From: a virus
DNA length: 64,000 nucleotides
Virus record (IMG/VR): IMGVR_UViG_3300036399_001951
Span: 64,001 to 128,000 of that record
Strand: one strand, 5' to 3'
Made by a program: the position numbers and the translations under genes. The number at the start of each line of letters is the position of its first letter. The first letter of the stretch is position 1. This document shows positions 10,013 through 20,452 of the stretch, piece after piece. The notes under the pieces were generated by a model. It ran no database searches. It was not told the origin of the DNA and was given only the letters and a program-made list of their open reading frames with translations.

Positions 10013-12046
10013 ATGACTCAAAGTAGATTTGTAAATATATCGACATATTGTATTGCAGAATATATGTTTGAGCCCTTAAGCTCAACTAATTTTCTAAGCG
10101 AAGATTTTATATTATTAGAAAACGAAACTCTAGATATTAATCAAATTATAAACACCGATGCTGCCTTAAATACTACTAGAAACGTAAAGGATTTATCAGT
10201 GGTACCGATAGGAAATAATAAGTTTGCATACTTAGATTCTGAAAAGATACCTGACTATTTATCATATGATACTAATATTGTTCAAACTAATGTAAATGGA
10301 TATTCTATTCCATATGATAAGGTAAGATTTCACTTCATATCTGGATTTACTCCAACTCAATTCGAGGGACTGATCTTAAGTATCCGACACCTTCAAAACA
10401 ATGCAAAGACTAATGTTTTTGCAAATATAATTTTAACTAGAGAAACATTTGACGATCTAATAACATTTAATCCTAAGCCTCTATTTTTAGCAAATTCAAC
10501 ATACGATAGGTATGTGGATATTAAAATACCTTCAATTAAAAATATTAATGAAGATTATAAAACGGCTCTTAATCAGGCTAATACGTTTGCAGCTAAAATA
10601 ACGCCATCGCCTAGTGGAGGATATAGTGGATTTGTTTACAATAATCAGATTACTGTAAACCTGTCTGAATGTCGTAGAAGGTCTGTTATAAACACTAATG
10701 TCGGAACAACATACGATATATTTGAAGTTAGTGATAGCTTTGATGCTTCATTATCTCAAAGTAATGAATTTGACTCAGTGGGAGCATATGTTGGAGAATC
10801 TACAAATGGAGATTTTATTGAGTATTATTTAACATACGAAGGAGGATTTCCAGAGGATCTAATTGCTATTTTAAACCGAAGAAATCCGTCTAATGATTGG
10901 ATTGTAATTCACCAACTTAGTATTTTTGAGCAATTAGGAAGCTCATTTGTAAATACAGGCAGACAGGTAATATTCCAAGAGGATAAATTTGATGAACCAC
11001 TTGTTATTAGACCAGTATTGAGAAATGCAGGCCATGCAGTGAGTATGGCAATCGATCTAGTATGTAGATTAACTAATAGATTAAATGGGGAGCAGATAAT
11101 TAGAGAGGCCTCATTTACTCTGCTTTCTCCTAAAAAATACGGAAGAAATCTAACGGTCATTCCATTAACAGACGAGCCGCAAAGTCAAAAAATATACAAC
11201 AAAATAATAAAAGCTAATTTTGAAGCTAGTAACTTATTTATTGAGCCTTCATTTGCCCCTGGATTTGGAGTTACTCCAACTCAAGAAGAGGCCCCTGCTC
11301 AAAAATCAGTAGAGTATATTCCAATATTCTTTAGCAATAATAACATATCTGCATCTAATTCTAATGGACTTTTACAGACTTCAGATACTGCAGATGAGGT
11401 TATATTTGGACCAGGACAATTAAGATTTATTGTTTCTCCATTTGATAACGCAATCAAAATTAAACTATACAACGTAATCAATGAGGTTGCGATTCCATTA
11501 GATTTAAATTTAAATAATTCTAGATTTCAATTAGTCTTTGATTTAGATACTGGCAAGGTACCAATTTCTAATACAAACAGTGCAACTGAGGAGAACCTAT
11601 CAACTGGTGAAATAATGTTTAAAATCTCTAAGGCTGATAGCCAAAAGATTGTAGAATCATCAAATAGATCAGTTTATATAACTTCAATTGCTCAAAACGG
11701 AACTGAAAGCTTAATGTATTCTGGAGAATGGAGATTATCATCTGAGCAGTCTGAAATAGATGACCTTGTGAAGTCTATAAGAGGAGAAGTGACTAAACGA
11801 ATTAGTGATGCTGAGCGAATTATAGAATTAGAAGAAGAAGTAGAAGAATTGAGGAAACAGATACTTAACTCCGCCGTAAAAGGAGCTAGAGATGCGATCA
11901 GGGGATCGATTAAACTAAAAGCAGTTGCTCCAACTGTAAATAGAGTATTTACTAAAAATCCAACCGCAATAAAAACAAACGCTGGGAATTTAGATGATTT
12001 AGGATCCAATAGAAGAAAATTCGATCCATTCGATAGAAGAAAATAA
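10013..12046 (+). CDS. Putative structural protein
   Basis: 677 aa beta-rich ORF in the late cluster. Confidence 0.6.
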   Translation: MTQSRFVNISTYCIAEYMFEPLSSTNFLSEDFILLENETLDINQIINTDAALNTTRNVKDLSVVPIGNNKFAYLDSEKIPDYLSYDTNIVQTNVNGYSIPYDKVRFHFISGFTPTQFEGLILSIRHLQNNAKTNVFANIILTRETFDDLITFNPKPLFLANSTYDRYVDIKIPSIKNINEDYKTALNQANTFAAKITPSPSGGYSGFVYNNQITVNLSECRRRSVINTNVGTTYDIFEVSDSFDASLSQSNEFDSVGAYVGESTNGDFIEYYLTYEGGFPEDLIAILNRRNPSNDWIVIHQLSIFEQLGSSFVNTGRQVIFQEDKFDEPLVIRPVLRNAGHAVSMAIDLVCRLTNRLNGEQIIREASFTLLSPKKYGRNLTVIPLTDEPQSQKIYNKIIKANFEASNLFIEPSFAPGFGVTPTQEEAPAQKSVEYIPIFFSNNNISASNSNGLLQTSDTADEVIFGPGQLRFIVSPFDNAIKIKLYNVINEVAIPLDLNLNNSRFQLVFDLDTGKVPISNTNSATEENLSTGEIMFKISKADSQKIVESSNRSVYITSIAQNGTESLMYSGEWRLSSEQSEIDDLVKSIRGEVTKRISDAERIIELEEEVEELRKQILNSAVKGARDAIRGSIKLKAVAPTVNRVFTKNPTAIKTNAGNLDDLGSNRRKFDPFDRRK

Positions 12047-12098
12047 TTACTTTTTCAATTTAAATGAAGATAAATAAATTAAAATAATTAGCATAGAA

Positions 12099-14117
12099 AT
12101 GAAAGATTTCGTAAATAGTGTGTTACACGAATTGCAAACTAATCCGGAAGTTAACTCAAATCAATTAATCGGACTTGTTATAGAATCTGCAAATAAATCT
12201 ATCCAAACCGGAGAAAGATATGAAGTGATATATGAACAGGTAAAAAGAGGACTAATTGAAGTTAATAAACATGTTAAGAGTAACTCAGTTAAAAATATAT
12301 TAGATCAATTTAGAAAAATAGATTTTAAACCAGAATCTAAATTAAAAGAATTTGCTAAAATAGCTAACTTAGGAGGAAAATTAAAAGGGATTAAGGAATC
12401 TACCGCGTATTCTCATCCAATGATTGCATATAAAGTAGATGAATATTTAAGTCGAATTAATTCTGGAACTCCGGAATTTACTCTATATCCTTCTTTCATT
12501 CAAGATTTTAAACAGCATTCTGTTGAATCTTCTGTTGCCAATGCAGTTAAATCAGTAAGTAAAATAGTAGAATCAAACTTAGCAGATTTTGAGATGCTAA
12601 ACACGATCCAATTAATGGAATCTTACAATTCATCAGGTATGTATGCTAACATTATTCCAGACCTTACTGATATGTTGTTGGAGAATACTTACACATCAGA
12701 TATTATTAACTTTAAGTATGGGCAAACTGGATTACCTATGATAACGGGTCTAGTTAATTCTCTTAAGTTGATAGAGTCTAAATTAGATGATACTTTTAAT
12801 TTGGGAATTGGCGATTCTACTACTACTGTTAGAAATGCAATTGCTCCTGCTATTAAAAGTAGTAAGACATCGGTTTTAACTTATATGGACAATAGATTCA
12901 TTAGAGTTACTGAATCAAACAATTTAGATGGTAGTGAAGTTGAAGTATTCGTTAAAAAAGGAGGATATAGTATTTCTGAAATTGATCCTAATTGGGTTAA
13001 AGAAAATCATTCAGATTTCTATTCTTTTTGCGAATCTTTTGCATATTTAGGATTCAAAGAAATGGGTCTATATGAAGGTATTGAAACTTCTTCTATTAGA
13101 GGATTTAAATTAGGCCTTGTTCCAAATCAAAATAAAGAATTGGATTTATATTTAAATGAATCAAAGGTTCAAAACGTTCATAATATTAATTTAACTGAGG
13201 CTCTTGCCCTAGTTGATGATCGAACTAAGAGAGCAGTTAAAACAGTATTTGAAAATATCAGATCAGTATTTAATTTTGAATTTATCAAGAATATCAAGAA
13301 TGACATTACCTTAGCTGAATCTACCGTATTTAATTTAGGTAAAAACTATTTCTTGTGCCAAAAGCCAAATGTAGCTGAAAGAATTTGGGATCCAGTTGAT
13401 GAGGCTAAATTATATGAACATTTTGCTACTAACTTTAATTATGACATCAGCTCAATATTTAAAACTAAAGTTAATGAATCTTTTAAAAATAAAGAGGCAA
13501 TTGAATTTAGAAAAAGAGAAATATTAGAAAGCGTTGAAAAATTAGAAGCAACTGTTAAAAAATTAGACGTTACCATTAATTCTGATGATGTTGACATCTC
13601 TGATATTTCTAGATTAGAAGAATTAAAAGAATCTATTGAAGGTACTATTGAATCCTTAAAATTAGAATATATTGATACTGATCTATTAAAAAGAAGAGTA
13701 AACGAAAAAAAGAAGATAGATCAAGACGGAGACGGAGATAATGACTGGGATGACGTTAAGATTGCTAGAATGAAAGCATCAGCAGAGGCTGCTAAGTCTA
13801 AAAAAAAAAAGGAAAAAAAGTTAAATGAAGAAGCTGAGGGATTTGGCCTATCTAGCGAAGGTCAAGTAACTGGCTCAACTCAAGTGTACTATCTATCAGG
13901 AACCGAAGTTCCTATGGGAGATAAAGCTAAACTTAAATTATCTAAAGACGGATCTGGCTCACCTATGATGCACAGCGAAGGCGTTTATGTAGTTGAAATT
14001 ATAGAAGCACTACCTGAATTTCCATTTGGACCTGGAGAAGCATGGATCCACCAGGCAAAGAAGGTAGACGGAGACAACAAATGGTATTTAACGAGCAGCG
14101 AAGGAGCTGGAGAATAA
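12099..14117 (+). CDS. Putative head/prohead-core-associated protein
   Basis: TAAATA upstream; several xNE/xxE processing-like sites; DQDGDGDNDWDD Ca-binding-like loop. Confidence 0.55.
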   Translation: MKDFVNSVLHELQTNPEVNSNQLIGLVIESANKSIQTGERYEVIYEQVKRGLIEVNKHVKSNSVKNILDQFRKIDFKPESKLKEFAKIANLGGKLKGIKESTAYSHPMIAYKVDEYLSRINSGTPEFTLYPSFIQDFKQHSVESSVANAVKSVSKIVESNLADFEMLNTIQLMESYNSSGMYANIIPDLTDMLLENTYTSDIINFKYGQTGLPMITGLVNSLKLIESKLDDTFNLGIGDSTTTVRNAIAPAIKSSKTSVLTYMDNRFIRVTESNNLDGSEVEVFVKKGGYSISEIDPNWVKENHSDFYSFCESFAYLGFKEMGLYEGIETSSIRGFKLGLVPNQNKELDLYLNESKVQNVHNINLTEALALVDDRTKRAVKTVFENIRSVFNFEFIKNIKNDITLAESTVFNLGKNYFLCQKPNVAERIWDPVDEAKLYEHFATNFNYDISSIFKTKVNESFKNKEAIEFRKREILESVEKLEATVKKLDVTINSDDVDISDISRLEELKESIEGTIESLKLEYIDTDLLKRRVNEKKKIDQDGDGDNDWDDVKIARMKASAEAAKSKKKKEKKLNEEAEGFGLSSEGQVTGSTQVYYLSGTEVPMGDKAKLKLSKDGSGSPMMHSEGVYVVEIIEALPEFPFGPGEAWIHQAKKVDGDNKWYLTSSEGAGE

Positions 14118-14137
14118 TTAACATTCACATACATTAC

Positions 14138-14170
14138 TAAAGGGCAAATATTTTATTTGCCCTTTTTTAT
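14138..14170 (+). terminator. Intrinsic terminator
   Basis: AAAGGGCAAATA..TATTTGCCCTTTTTT hairpin plus T tract. Confidence 0.85.
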
Positions 14171-14222
14171 TTTAATTTAAATCTTAGTATATTTAATTTA
14201 GTATAATAGAATAAAATTAGAT

Positions 14223-14507
14223 ATGTCAGAAAAAGAACAAGAGGAGAGTCTATGTCAAAGAGCACATCGCATCGTATTTGACCGAACAGAAGAAACAGAT
14301 CGAATGTATGGCCCTTTCTCAGAAGGAATGGATAGAGCTGCTGCAATATTCACCGCAAGTACCGGAATTAAAATAGAAGGTAGACACATGTATTTAGCAA
14401 TGGTTGCCCTTAAATTATCTAGAGAAAGCTATAATCACAAATCTGATAATTTATTAGACGCAATAGCATATTTACAAGGATTAGAAAATTATGAAAATAA
14501 AAAATAA
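14223..14507 (+). CDS. DUF6378-like small protein (nucleotide-modification associated)
   Basis: R..YG.FSEGM..AAAIF..MVALKLSR...HKSDNLLDAIAY pattern. Confidence 0.7.
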   Translation: MSEKEQEESLCQRAHRIVFDRTEETDRMYGPFSEGMDRAAAIFTASTGIKIEGRHMYLAMVALKLSRESYNHKSDNLLDAIAYLQGLENYENKK

Positions 14508-15518
14508 ATGAAGAGAGTAGCTATAACCTCAGTATTTGCCAATCTTACCTATAATGATAAAAATCATAGAGGGCTCGAGGCAATGTTTTTTAAAAAAATG
14601 ATGGAGGAGAATGGGGCCCATGTTGATTGTGTTGGATATAAAAACCGTAATGTTCAAGACCTTGACTTTTACATTGATTATAATGATACTGATTTTTCTG
14701 AATACGGAGCAGTTATACTTCAATTAAGTACTGCTAATTTTTTCGGTGGACAGATGGGAGAACATTGCGAAAAGATATGTAATGATCTTGCTAAATATAC
14801 CGGAAAGATTTATATGCTAGTAAATGATCCTAGAATTCCTCCTATGAATTATGCTAAAGTGATTAGCGAAAGATTTAATCTATGCAATGATTCAGTTGAG
14901 GCATGGGATAAAATTATCGAAAATGCAACCTATCTTTTTTCAGGTAAAGATGTATCTAAGTATCTAGGGTGGAATCCTAAGAATTGGAAGCAATTGGATT
15001 GGTTTACTTATATATTCAAGCATCGATTCACTCAGGATGATTCTATTGATCTCTGGGAATCTTCTAATCAAGATTCAGATAAAGAATGGGATCTTGTCTA
15101 TTATGGAGATAAAAGAGGATCCTTTAGAGAAAATCAAATTAGAAAATATTTTCCATCTGATACCAATAATTTATTAATTGGATATAAATCAGATAAAGTT
15201 CCGGCTACATTCATGAAGAAGCTGCAACACTCCGACCTAATGAAAGAATTAGACAAAGTAAAAGTATCCCTAATAACTGGCGATGAGGAACATCTTAATA
15301 ATGTCACTACTTATAGATTTTATGAGACCCTTGCCTCTAATTGTCTGGCTGCGATTCAAATTGAATATGATCCAGAAAAAAGACTAATTCAAGACCCAGT
15401 TTTAAGAGATCTATTATATGTTAAGAATCAAAAAGACATTAAGAAACTAATTGATGCATGGTCTCCTGAATTAATTAATAGACAAAAAGCAGAACTTAGA
15501 AGAATTTTTAATATATAA
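14508..15518 (+). CDS. bgt: DNA beta-glucosyltransferase, T4 BGT-like
   Basis: Collinear blocks match T4 BGT: NFFGG, AKYTGKIYMLVNDPRIP, DLVYYGDKRGSFRE, LITGD..NNVTTYRFYETLAS, EYDPEKRLI. Confidence 0.85.
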   Translation: MKRVAITSVFANLTYNDKNHRGLEAMFFKKMMEENGAHVDCVGYKNRNVQDLDFYIDYNDTDFSEYGAVILQLSTANFFGGQMGEHCEKICNDLAKYTGKIYMLVNDPRIPPMNYAKVISERFNLCNDSVEAWDKIIENATYLFSGKDVSKYLGWNPKNWKQLDWFTYIFKHRFTQDDSIDLWESSNQDSDKEWDLVYYGDKRGSFRENQIRKYFPSDTNNLLIGYKSDKVPATFMKKLQHSDLMKELDKVKVSLITGDEEHLNNVTTYRFYETLASNCLAAIQIEYDPEKRLIQDPVLRDLLYVKNQKDIKKLIDAWSPELINRQKAELRRIFNI

Positions 15519-15591
15519 CAATAATAAATAACTGAGATGAAGATAAAAATTAATCCATCTGGTTCTCCGCCACATAGCTTCTTGTTAAGTT

Positions 15592-15786
15592 ATGAAAATG
15601 CGAGAGCATCGTTGGCTTTGGAGAGTCAACTGGGTCCATCTTAATGGATACCAAGCCCCAACTAGGACGGTTGAGGCTAAAACCAGAAAGGAAGCAATGA
15701 AACTTGCTAAAGAATCTTCTAGACTTGCGGATTTTCCGAAGAGCTGGAGATTCATCCTAACTAAACTATGGAAAGGGGACGAATAG
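15592..15786 (+). CDS. Small basic hypothetical protein
   Basis: VEAKTRKEAMKLAKE pattern; terminator follows. Confidence 0.55.
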   Translation: MKMREHRWLWRVNWVHLNGYQAPTRTVEAKTRKEAMKLAKESSRLADFPKSWRFILTKLWKGDE

Positions 15787-15828
15787 TCCCCTTTTTTTAG
15801 ATAAATAATAAAAATACTGTTTGTTCAA

Positions 15829-17781
15829 ATGCGTCATATACAGCCTTATGCAAATGATTTTATATTCGAATCAAATAATTTAGATAAATATTTTCCGGGC
15901 TTACCTGCTCTATTATATAGAGCGTCCAATGTTGATATAATATTAGAAGAGGGTAGAAATTTAAATCATATTGAATCCGTTATTCCAGAAGATATTCTAC
16001 TTGAAGCTGAATTAAATATGCTTCTTCATGAAGGATCAGCTGCAGTTACTAATTATCATAAAAATCTAGCGATTGGCAAAAACGTATTAGTTGAAAGCCT
16101 GGCTAATTCTATTCCGAAAGAGATAAAAGAAGCCTTTAATAAATTACAAAGAGAATTTAAAAAACTAAATAAAAGTCAGGTAAATAAAATATTTGAAGAG
16201 GCTGAGGCTAAATTAAATGCATCAGGCATGGATATCCCAACTGATTTTAAAGGAAAAGACGCGGCATTAAATGTATCCGGAATGGATATCCCAACTGATG
16301 CCGATGATGTTTCATCTGAATTCGAAAAAGATTTCCAAGACGTCATGAAAGGCATTGAATCAAATCACGACTTTGCTGCTCAAGTTCAACCTGGAGAGAG
16401 ACCTATATTATCTATTTTAAAAAATTTATGGAATGCATTAACAGAAGGTGGAAGTGCTATTGGAGTATTCCAATTTATATTAGATATAGTTGGCCTAGTA
16501 GGTAGCTTTTTTGAACCTATTGGAATGGTTGCTGATGCAATCAACGCTATCATCTATATGGTTAGAGGAAAATGGATGCTTGCTATAATCTGTGTAATTG
16601 CTGCAATAATTCCATTAGGTGGAGATATTATTAAAGGATTCTTTAAAGCAGGAACTAAGGCAGCTAAGCCGGTTATGGACATTGGCACCGTATACTTCTC
16701 AGCTGCAGGTAGAGCAACAGTCGGTTCAGCTACAATTTCTAAGGAAGTAGTTGAACTGGCGGCCAAAGCCTCTCCGGATAGTATTAAGGCTCTTAATTAT
16801 ATCGGAGCAAGTACAGGTCCTGCGGTTACTGGATTTATGAAATACGTAAAAGGTTTCTTTGATAAGTTTTTAGCATCAGTAGTTGGATGGATTCCTTTCA
16901 TTGGTAAGCCGCTAAGGTCTTTCTTTGAAGGAATTGGAAATATAATTGCTCAATTTGCAGGTAAGGCTACTAATTTTGCAAATGATATTCCTCAAATAAC
17001 AGCACAGGCACAGGCTAAGGTGCTAGATGATTTCTTTGCTGCAACTGCAGTTCAAGGTGCGGAAATTACAGCAAAGGGAGATAAATTAGTTGTTAAGAAT
17101 GCTAACGGAATCGTGGAGCTACCTGGAAATGTATTGAAGCATTCTGATATGTTGGCTAGCCGATATGGTAATCAACTATCTAACAATATATTAAAGCAGG
17201 TAGATAACAACGTTGCCGCTTTTTATACTTCAATGTCAAATGTTATTGGAAAAACAAGTAGTCAATATGGAAACCTTCAGAGATTTGGTAGAGGGGCAGT
17301 TAATACCTTTGTATTTACTAAAAAATTGCCTCTATTCATAGGTAAACAGGTTTTAAAATGGATTTCAGGAGATCCTACTCAGCAATTTACGGATTCCGAA
17401 TATGAGGCATGGGGAACTGCTGCCTTAAGTGATATGGCTCGTCAAAGAAGAGATAGGAACTTGGAAGAAAACCCAGATGCGTTTTATGATGTTCCAGTAT
17501 TCGATGGATTAGAGGACGATGAATTCACTAGAGTTGGAACTAAAGTCTTAAATGACTATGCTGAGAAATTTAATCTTCCAAGCATAGGCATGGTTGGTTA
17601 CTATACTCGTGGAGAAAAGGATAAATTACCAGAGGATGTAGAGAAATTCTACAATTCATGCTATGCTGATAGAGTAGGAAGTGGAATGTTACAGGATATG
17701 GAAAATTTTAGAGACGAAACTGGTATATTTGAATCTAAGCGTTCAGCTGGGATGAAGTATATTAAACCTTTTATTATTTAA
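15829..17781 (+). CDS. Putative internal virion protein with pre-toxin-TG-like hydrophobic hairpin
   Basis: TAAATA at 15802; LDIVGLVG..PIGMVADAINAIIY..G.W..A..AAIIPLGG. Confidence 0.55.
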   Translation: MRHIQPYANDFIFESNNLDKYFPGLPALLYRASNVDIILEEGRNLNHIESVIPEDILLEAELNMLLHEGSAAVTNYHKNLAIGKNVLVESLANSIPKEIKEAFNKLQREFKKLNKSQVNKIFEEAEAKLNASGMDIPTDFKGKDAALNVSGMDIPTDADDVSSEFEKDFQDVMKGIESNHDFAAQVQPGERPILSILKNLWNALTEGGSAIGVFQFILDIVGLVGSFFEPIGMVADAINAIIYMVRGKWMLAIICVIAAIIPLGGDIIKGFFKAGTKAAKPVMDIGTVYFSAAGRATVGSATISKEVVELAAKASPDSIKALNYIGASTGPAVTGFMKYVKGFFDKFLASVVGWIPFIGKPLRSFFEGIGNIIAQFAGKATNFANDIPQITAQAQAKVLDDFFAATAVQGAEITAKGDKLVVKNANGIVELPGNVLKHSDMLASRYGNQLSNNILKQVDNNVAAFYTSMSNVIGKTSSQYGNLQRFGRGAVNTFVFTKKLPLFIGKQVLKWISGDPTQQFTDSEYEAWGTAALSDMARQRRDRNLEENPDAFYDVPVFDGLEDDEFTRVGTKVLNDYAEKFNLPSIGMVGYYTRGEKDKLPEDVEKFYNSCYADRVGSGMLQDMENFRDETGIFESKRSAGMKYIKPFII

Positions 17782-18260
17782 CTAATTCGATCTAATATAA
17801 TTAATTGTTCCCTGTGTATTAATTCATATGCCTTCATGATAGGAACAAAGCCTGCCCAATCAATTTCATGTAATTGAAGTTGTTCTTTCGGAACTCGATC
17901 TTCAATCATACCTAATTGTCGAGGATCTTTAATATTTAGATAGAAATATATTAATTGATGGCTTAGTCTATTTCCTTTATAAATATCAATTACATCAGGT
18001 GAAGGATTTAAATCTGATGCTTCTATGATTATACCTGTTTCTTCTCTAAGTTCCCTAACTGCGGCATCAATAGGTTCTTCTCCTTCTTCTATTTTTCCCT
18101 TAGGAATTCCAAGAGCACTCTTTCTCCAACTAGCTCCAGTTGGGTGAACTAATAATATCTTACCTTCCCAGGATATCGCAACCCCTGCGGTATTTCTTCT
18201 AGCTGGACCAAATGCCATGTCTAGAGAAGATGAGCTATATTCATCAAATCCCTTTATCAT
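17778..18260 (-). CDS. NUDIX hydrolase
   Basis: Nudix box GKIEEGEEPIDAAVRELREETGI. Confidence 0.93.
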   Translation of the reverse strand: MIKGFDEYSSSSLDMAFGPARRNTAGVAISWEGKILLVHPTGASWRKSALGIPKGKIEEGEEPIDAAVRELREETGIIIEASDLNPSPDVIDIYKGNRLSHQLIYFYLNIKDPRQLGMIEDRVPKEQLQLHEIDWAGFVPIMKAYELIHREQLIILDRIS

Positions 18261-18429
18261 ATCTATTCTTGTATTTAGCTCGATTTATTTCTTCTCGTCT
18301 CTTAACTGACTTCTTTTTAAATGTTTTTCTCTCCTTAAGCTCTTTAATTGTGCTTAATTTATCAACCTTTTGTCGATATTCCTTTAGCGCATATTCAATT
18401 TTCTTATTACCAATTGGAATAACTATCAT
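18244..18429 (-). CDS. rpsU: Phage-encoded ribosomal protein bS21
   Basis: 61 aa, basic: IEYALKEYRQKV..IKELKERKTFKKKSVKRREE..AKY. Confidence 0.85.
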   Translation of the reverse strand: MIVIPIGNKKIEYALKEYRQKVDKLSTIKELKERKTFKKKSVKRREEINRAKYKNRYDKGI

Positions 18430-19277
18430 AAATATTTTGAATAATTTAAAGTATGTTTAGATTTAATTAGAGCAGAATCATAAAACTTTCTTTTGTAATA
18501 TGATTTAGTGTGCTCCTCATTAATTTTATTTTTAACCCAATTAGGAAGTCGACTCTTATAGAAATCTCGATAAATAGACTCATATAATAATTTAGATTCA
18601 TGAGGATTTAAATCTAAATTTCGGTCAATTGATTCTACAAATATTTTTCCATTAATAGATTCAATTATATTTACATTATATACGTCTAAATTAAATTTCT
18701 TATTTATGGATTCACATATATTTTCTAGATCTTTAGAATATTGAAATCCGGTTAATTCTACGTCTAATGGAAATTTATTAATCCATTCAACTACACTAAT
18801 TGGATTACCTTTAAATCCTAAAACTTTAAATCTGGTTCTAGCAACTGGATTCTCTCTAAATTTAGAATATATCTTTTCTGCATTCCTTAAAGATCCAATT
18901 GATTTATGTTCGTCTTTAAAATTTTTACCTATTGCAGTTATTGGAAAAGTCAATGATTTTACATTTCTAATGCTATCCACTTCGCTTGGCAAATATCCAA
19001 GATCTTTAAATGATTCTAAAACTGATTCCTGATTTGGAAGCATTGTAGAATTGTATTTATGAGTTAGGCTCTCATTTATAATTTGAGTGGTCTCATTAAA
19101 GGTATCAGTGATAATAATTGGAAAGTCTATTGCAGCCTCCATTAAATCAAACTTATTCTTTATAACTTTAAAATAGGAATGATTAAAATTTTCACTCGTG
19201 GCTATTCCAATCTTATTTAAGAAATTAGAAGGATCCGAAGAGAATTGAGACGAATACTGATCGAAGCTCTTAATCAT
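18426..19277 (-). CDS. Hypothetical protein (possible degenerate ATP-grasp)
   Basis: LTFPITAIG and FNLDVYNVNIIESINGKIFVE weakly resemble RimK-like ATP-grasp. Confidence 0.45.
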   Translation of the reverse strand: MIKSFDQYSSQFSSDPSNFLNKIGIATSENFNHSYFKVIKNKFDLMEAAIDFPIIITDTFNETTQIINESLTHKYNSTMLPNQESVLESFKDLGYLPSEVDSIRNVKSLTFPITAIGKNFKDEHKSIGSLRNAEKIYSKFRENPVARTRFKVLGFKGNPISVVEWINKFPLDVELTGFQYSKDLENICESINKKFNLDVYNVNIIESINGKIFVESIDRNLDLNPHESKLLYESIYRDFYKSRLPNWVKNKINEEHTKSYYKRKFYDSALIKSKHTLNYSKYL

Positions 19278-19337
19278 ATGATTTTTTATAAAGTTTTTAT
19301 TATTTATTCAAATAAATAAAATAAAAGCTAGCAAAAG

Positions 19338-20435
19338 ATGAATTCATTTAGCACATGGCAACAATTAAACGAAGGCTTATTCAACCCAGCAAATAAAGGA
19401 AAAGAGGTCATGCTTACTCCGGACGGAAGAAAGCAAATTGTTAAATATAAAGTTCAAGGAGATAATAAGTTTTTAATAAAATTAATTAAAAATGCAAGTA
19501 TTATCGACGAAGGAGGAAATCTAACTAAGACGGGTGCTTCTAAAATGTTTGAATTTATTAATAATCAATTTGAGATTACTGATGTAATTGGAACATTAAG
19601 TGACGCTTGGTTTAAAGATAAAATTTTAATTTACACAGTTAAGAAGGATACTCAATACTCGGAAGGGGAAGGAGAAAAGGGAAGAGAAAAGGTTCAATTT
19701 ACCGTAGCAAATAGAGCAGATTTTCCAAAGCTTCCACCTGACGCTAAGTTTGTAAATTCGGCAATTGCCGAGACCGCGGGATCTGAAGAAAATGCAGCTG
19801 TTGTTACTCAAATTGTTACAGATAATAAGGAAACTGTCGTTAAGGATGATACTAATGAGAATCCAGAGGAAATAAGACAGGAAGAAACTCAAGATGTTGA
19901 AGTAGAAGAAACTCAAGATGATGCTCTTATTGGAAAGAAATTTAGATATTCCATGAGAACTAATGGAAAACTATATCTAATGGAGTTTATGAATAGTGGA
20001 GCTCTACAGGCTGATATAATTGGAGAAAGTAATCCGAACGGAGTAGTTAGTTATGAAAATAATGAATCAGGAGGAACCATCAATTGGACAACTGATATTG
20101 ATGATACGCAATCAAGCGTATCCTGGCTTAAAAATTGGGGATCAGGCACTCTATTTACAGATCAAGAAATCACTAATAAAGTTGATAGAGAATTTTTTCT
20201 TAAAATATTCACAGATGAAGAATATAGAAATAAGATCATTGCGGATTATGAAGCAGAGTGGGGAGGTTCAGAAATGACCGTTGAGAATCTAAGAAAGATG
20301 CTTTATTACAAGGACAATACTAGGATATTCCCTGAAGCAGGTAGTGTTGCAAGTAACGAACCTTCAGCAGAAGAAAAGGATTTACCTAGTGGATCCTACG
20401 GTGGAGGAGGAACTTATACAGGTCAAATCATTTAA
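19338..20435 (+). CDS. Putative internal virion protein
   Basis: TAAATA upstream; leader MNSFSTWQQLNE. Confidence 0.6.
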   Translation: MNSFSTWQQLNEGLFNPANKGKEVMLTPDGRKQIVKYKVQGDNKFLIKLIKNASIIDEGGNLTKTGASKMFEFINNQFEITDVIGTLSDAWFKDKILIYTVKKDTQYSEGEGEKGREKVQFTVANRADFPKLPPDAKFVNSAIAETAGSEENAAVVTQIVTDNKETVVKDDTNENPEEIRQEETQDVEVEETQDDALIGKKFRYSMRTNGKLYLMEFMNSGALQADIIGESNPNGVVSYENNESGGTINWTTDIDDTQSSVSWLKNWGSGTLFTDQEITNKVDREFFLKIFTDEEYRNKIIADYEAEWGGSEMTVENLRKMLYYKDNTRIFPEAGSVASNEPSAEEKDLPSGSYGGGGTYTGQII

Positions 20436-20452
20436 AAAATAAAATAAACGTT

